A DNA stretch of 64,000 nucleotides. It comes from a bacterium. GTDB taxonomy: Bacteria > SAR324 > XYD2-FULL-50-16 > G965216635. This document shows positions 63,638 through 64,000 of this stretch, piece by piece. Location: NCBI GenBank assembly GCA_965216635.1, contig OZ244188.1:991058-1055057 (forward strand), written 5' to 3'. The notes beneath the pieces are model-generated. The model was not told the DNA's origin. It saw only the letters and a list, made by a program, of their open reading frames with translations, and did no database searches. The translations under genes and the position numbers were made by a program. Position 1 is the stretch's first letter. The number at the start of each line of letters is the position of its first letter.

Positions 63638-64000
63638 AAAAAGAAATATTAAACTGCTGTCAAAAAATCAAAAAAAGGTTTTTTAAACATAGATTTTGGA
63701 CATTAGTAATCAGTGGAATTTTAGGAATAATATTTTTTTTCTTATTTTTATGGGCTTATGATTATCTTTCTTGTTATTTTATTGCATTAGAAAATATAAG
63801 CAATTTAAGAATTAGAGCAAATTTATCAATAGTATTTTTAGCACTTTTTGTTTCTCTTGTTTTATGGTTTTTTAGAACTCACGATACAAAAGAACAGCTA
63901 GACAAGACACAAACGAATATAGAACAGCAAGATTTCCACGATGCTTTGAGTATGTTAGCCGATGACAAACTTATCTCCCAAGAAATAGCCGTGCAAAGAC
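63634..64000 (+). CDS. Membrane protein (2 TM), partial; resembles N-termini of pentapeptide-repeat proteins
   Basis: Manual translation open to window edge: ...LVLWFFRTHDTKEQ...FHDALSMLADD...; ATGA overlap with mod. Confidence 0.6.
   Translation, partial: MKKEILNCCQKIKKRFFKHRFWTLVISGILGIIFFFLFLWAYDYLSCYFIALENISNLRIRANLSIVFLALFVSLVLWFFRTHDTKEQLDKTQTNIEQQDFHDALSMLADDKLISQEIAVQR

Overview
Very AT-rich bacterial chromosome segment. Housekeeping content: plsY, a glmM-like mutase, thiN, a lone 16S rRNA gene, choXWV-betB osmoprotection, trkAH, an F1 ATP synthase operon of deltaproteobacterial layout (atpF'-F-H-A-G-D-C, no atpBE), tyrS, tol-pal, bamD, dprA, an LKR/SDH saccharopine pair, nusB, dusA and a type III Mod methylase. 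A deltaproteobacterial (possibly SAR324-like) host-associated lineage is an inference only. Four patterns stand out. (1) About 20 copies of a modular, nested-palindrome intergenic element with (T/G)AGACCTTTGAATT-type inverted ends fill most gaps, often overlap stop or start codons, and form a 5x66-bp array of ends next to dusA. (2) The atp operon is interrupted at three junctions by co-oriented accessory genes, including a TIGR04255-like triad and a Panacea cassette flanked by a 31-bp duplication of the menA 3' end. (3) Several toxin-antitoxin or defence modules look trimmed on the effector side, including an internally deleted DUF3800 gene followed by a structured RNA candidate. (4) There are many short tandem repeats and two divergent outer-membrane-protein paralogues with conserved leaders. 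No CRISPR array, tRNA, 23S/5S gene or transposase was seen. Family assignments come from motif recognition by eye, not database searches, and element boundaries are approximate.
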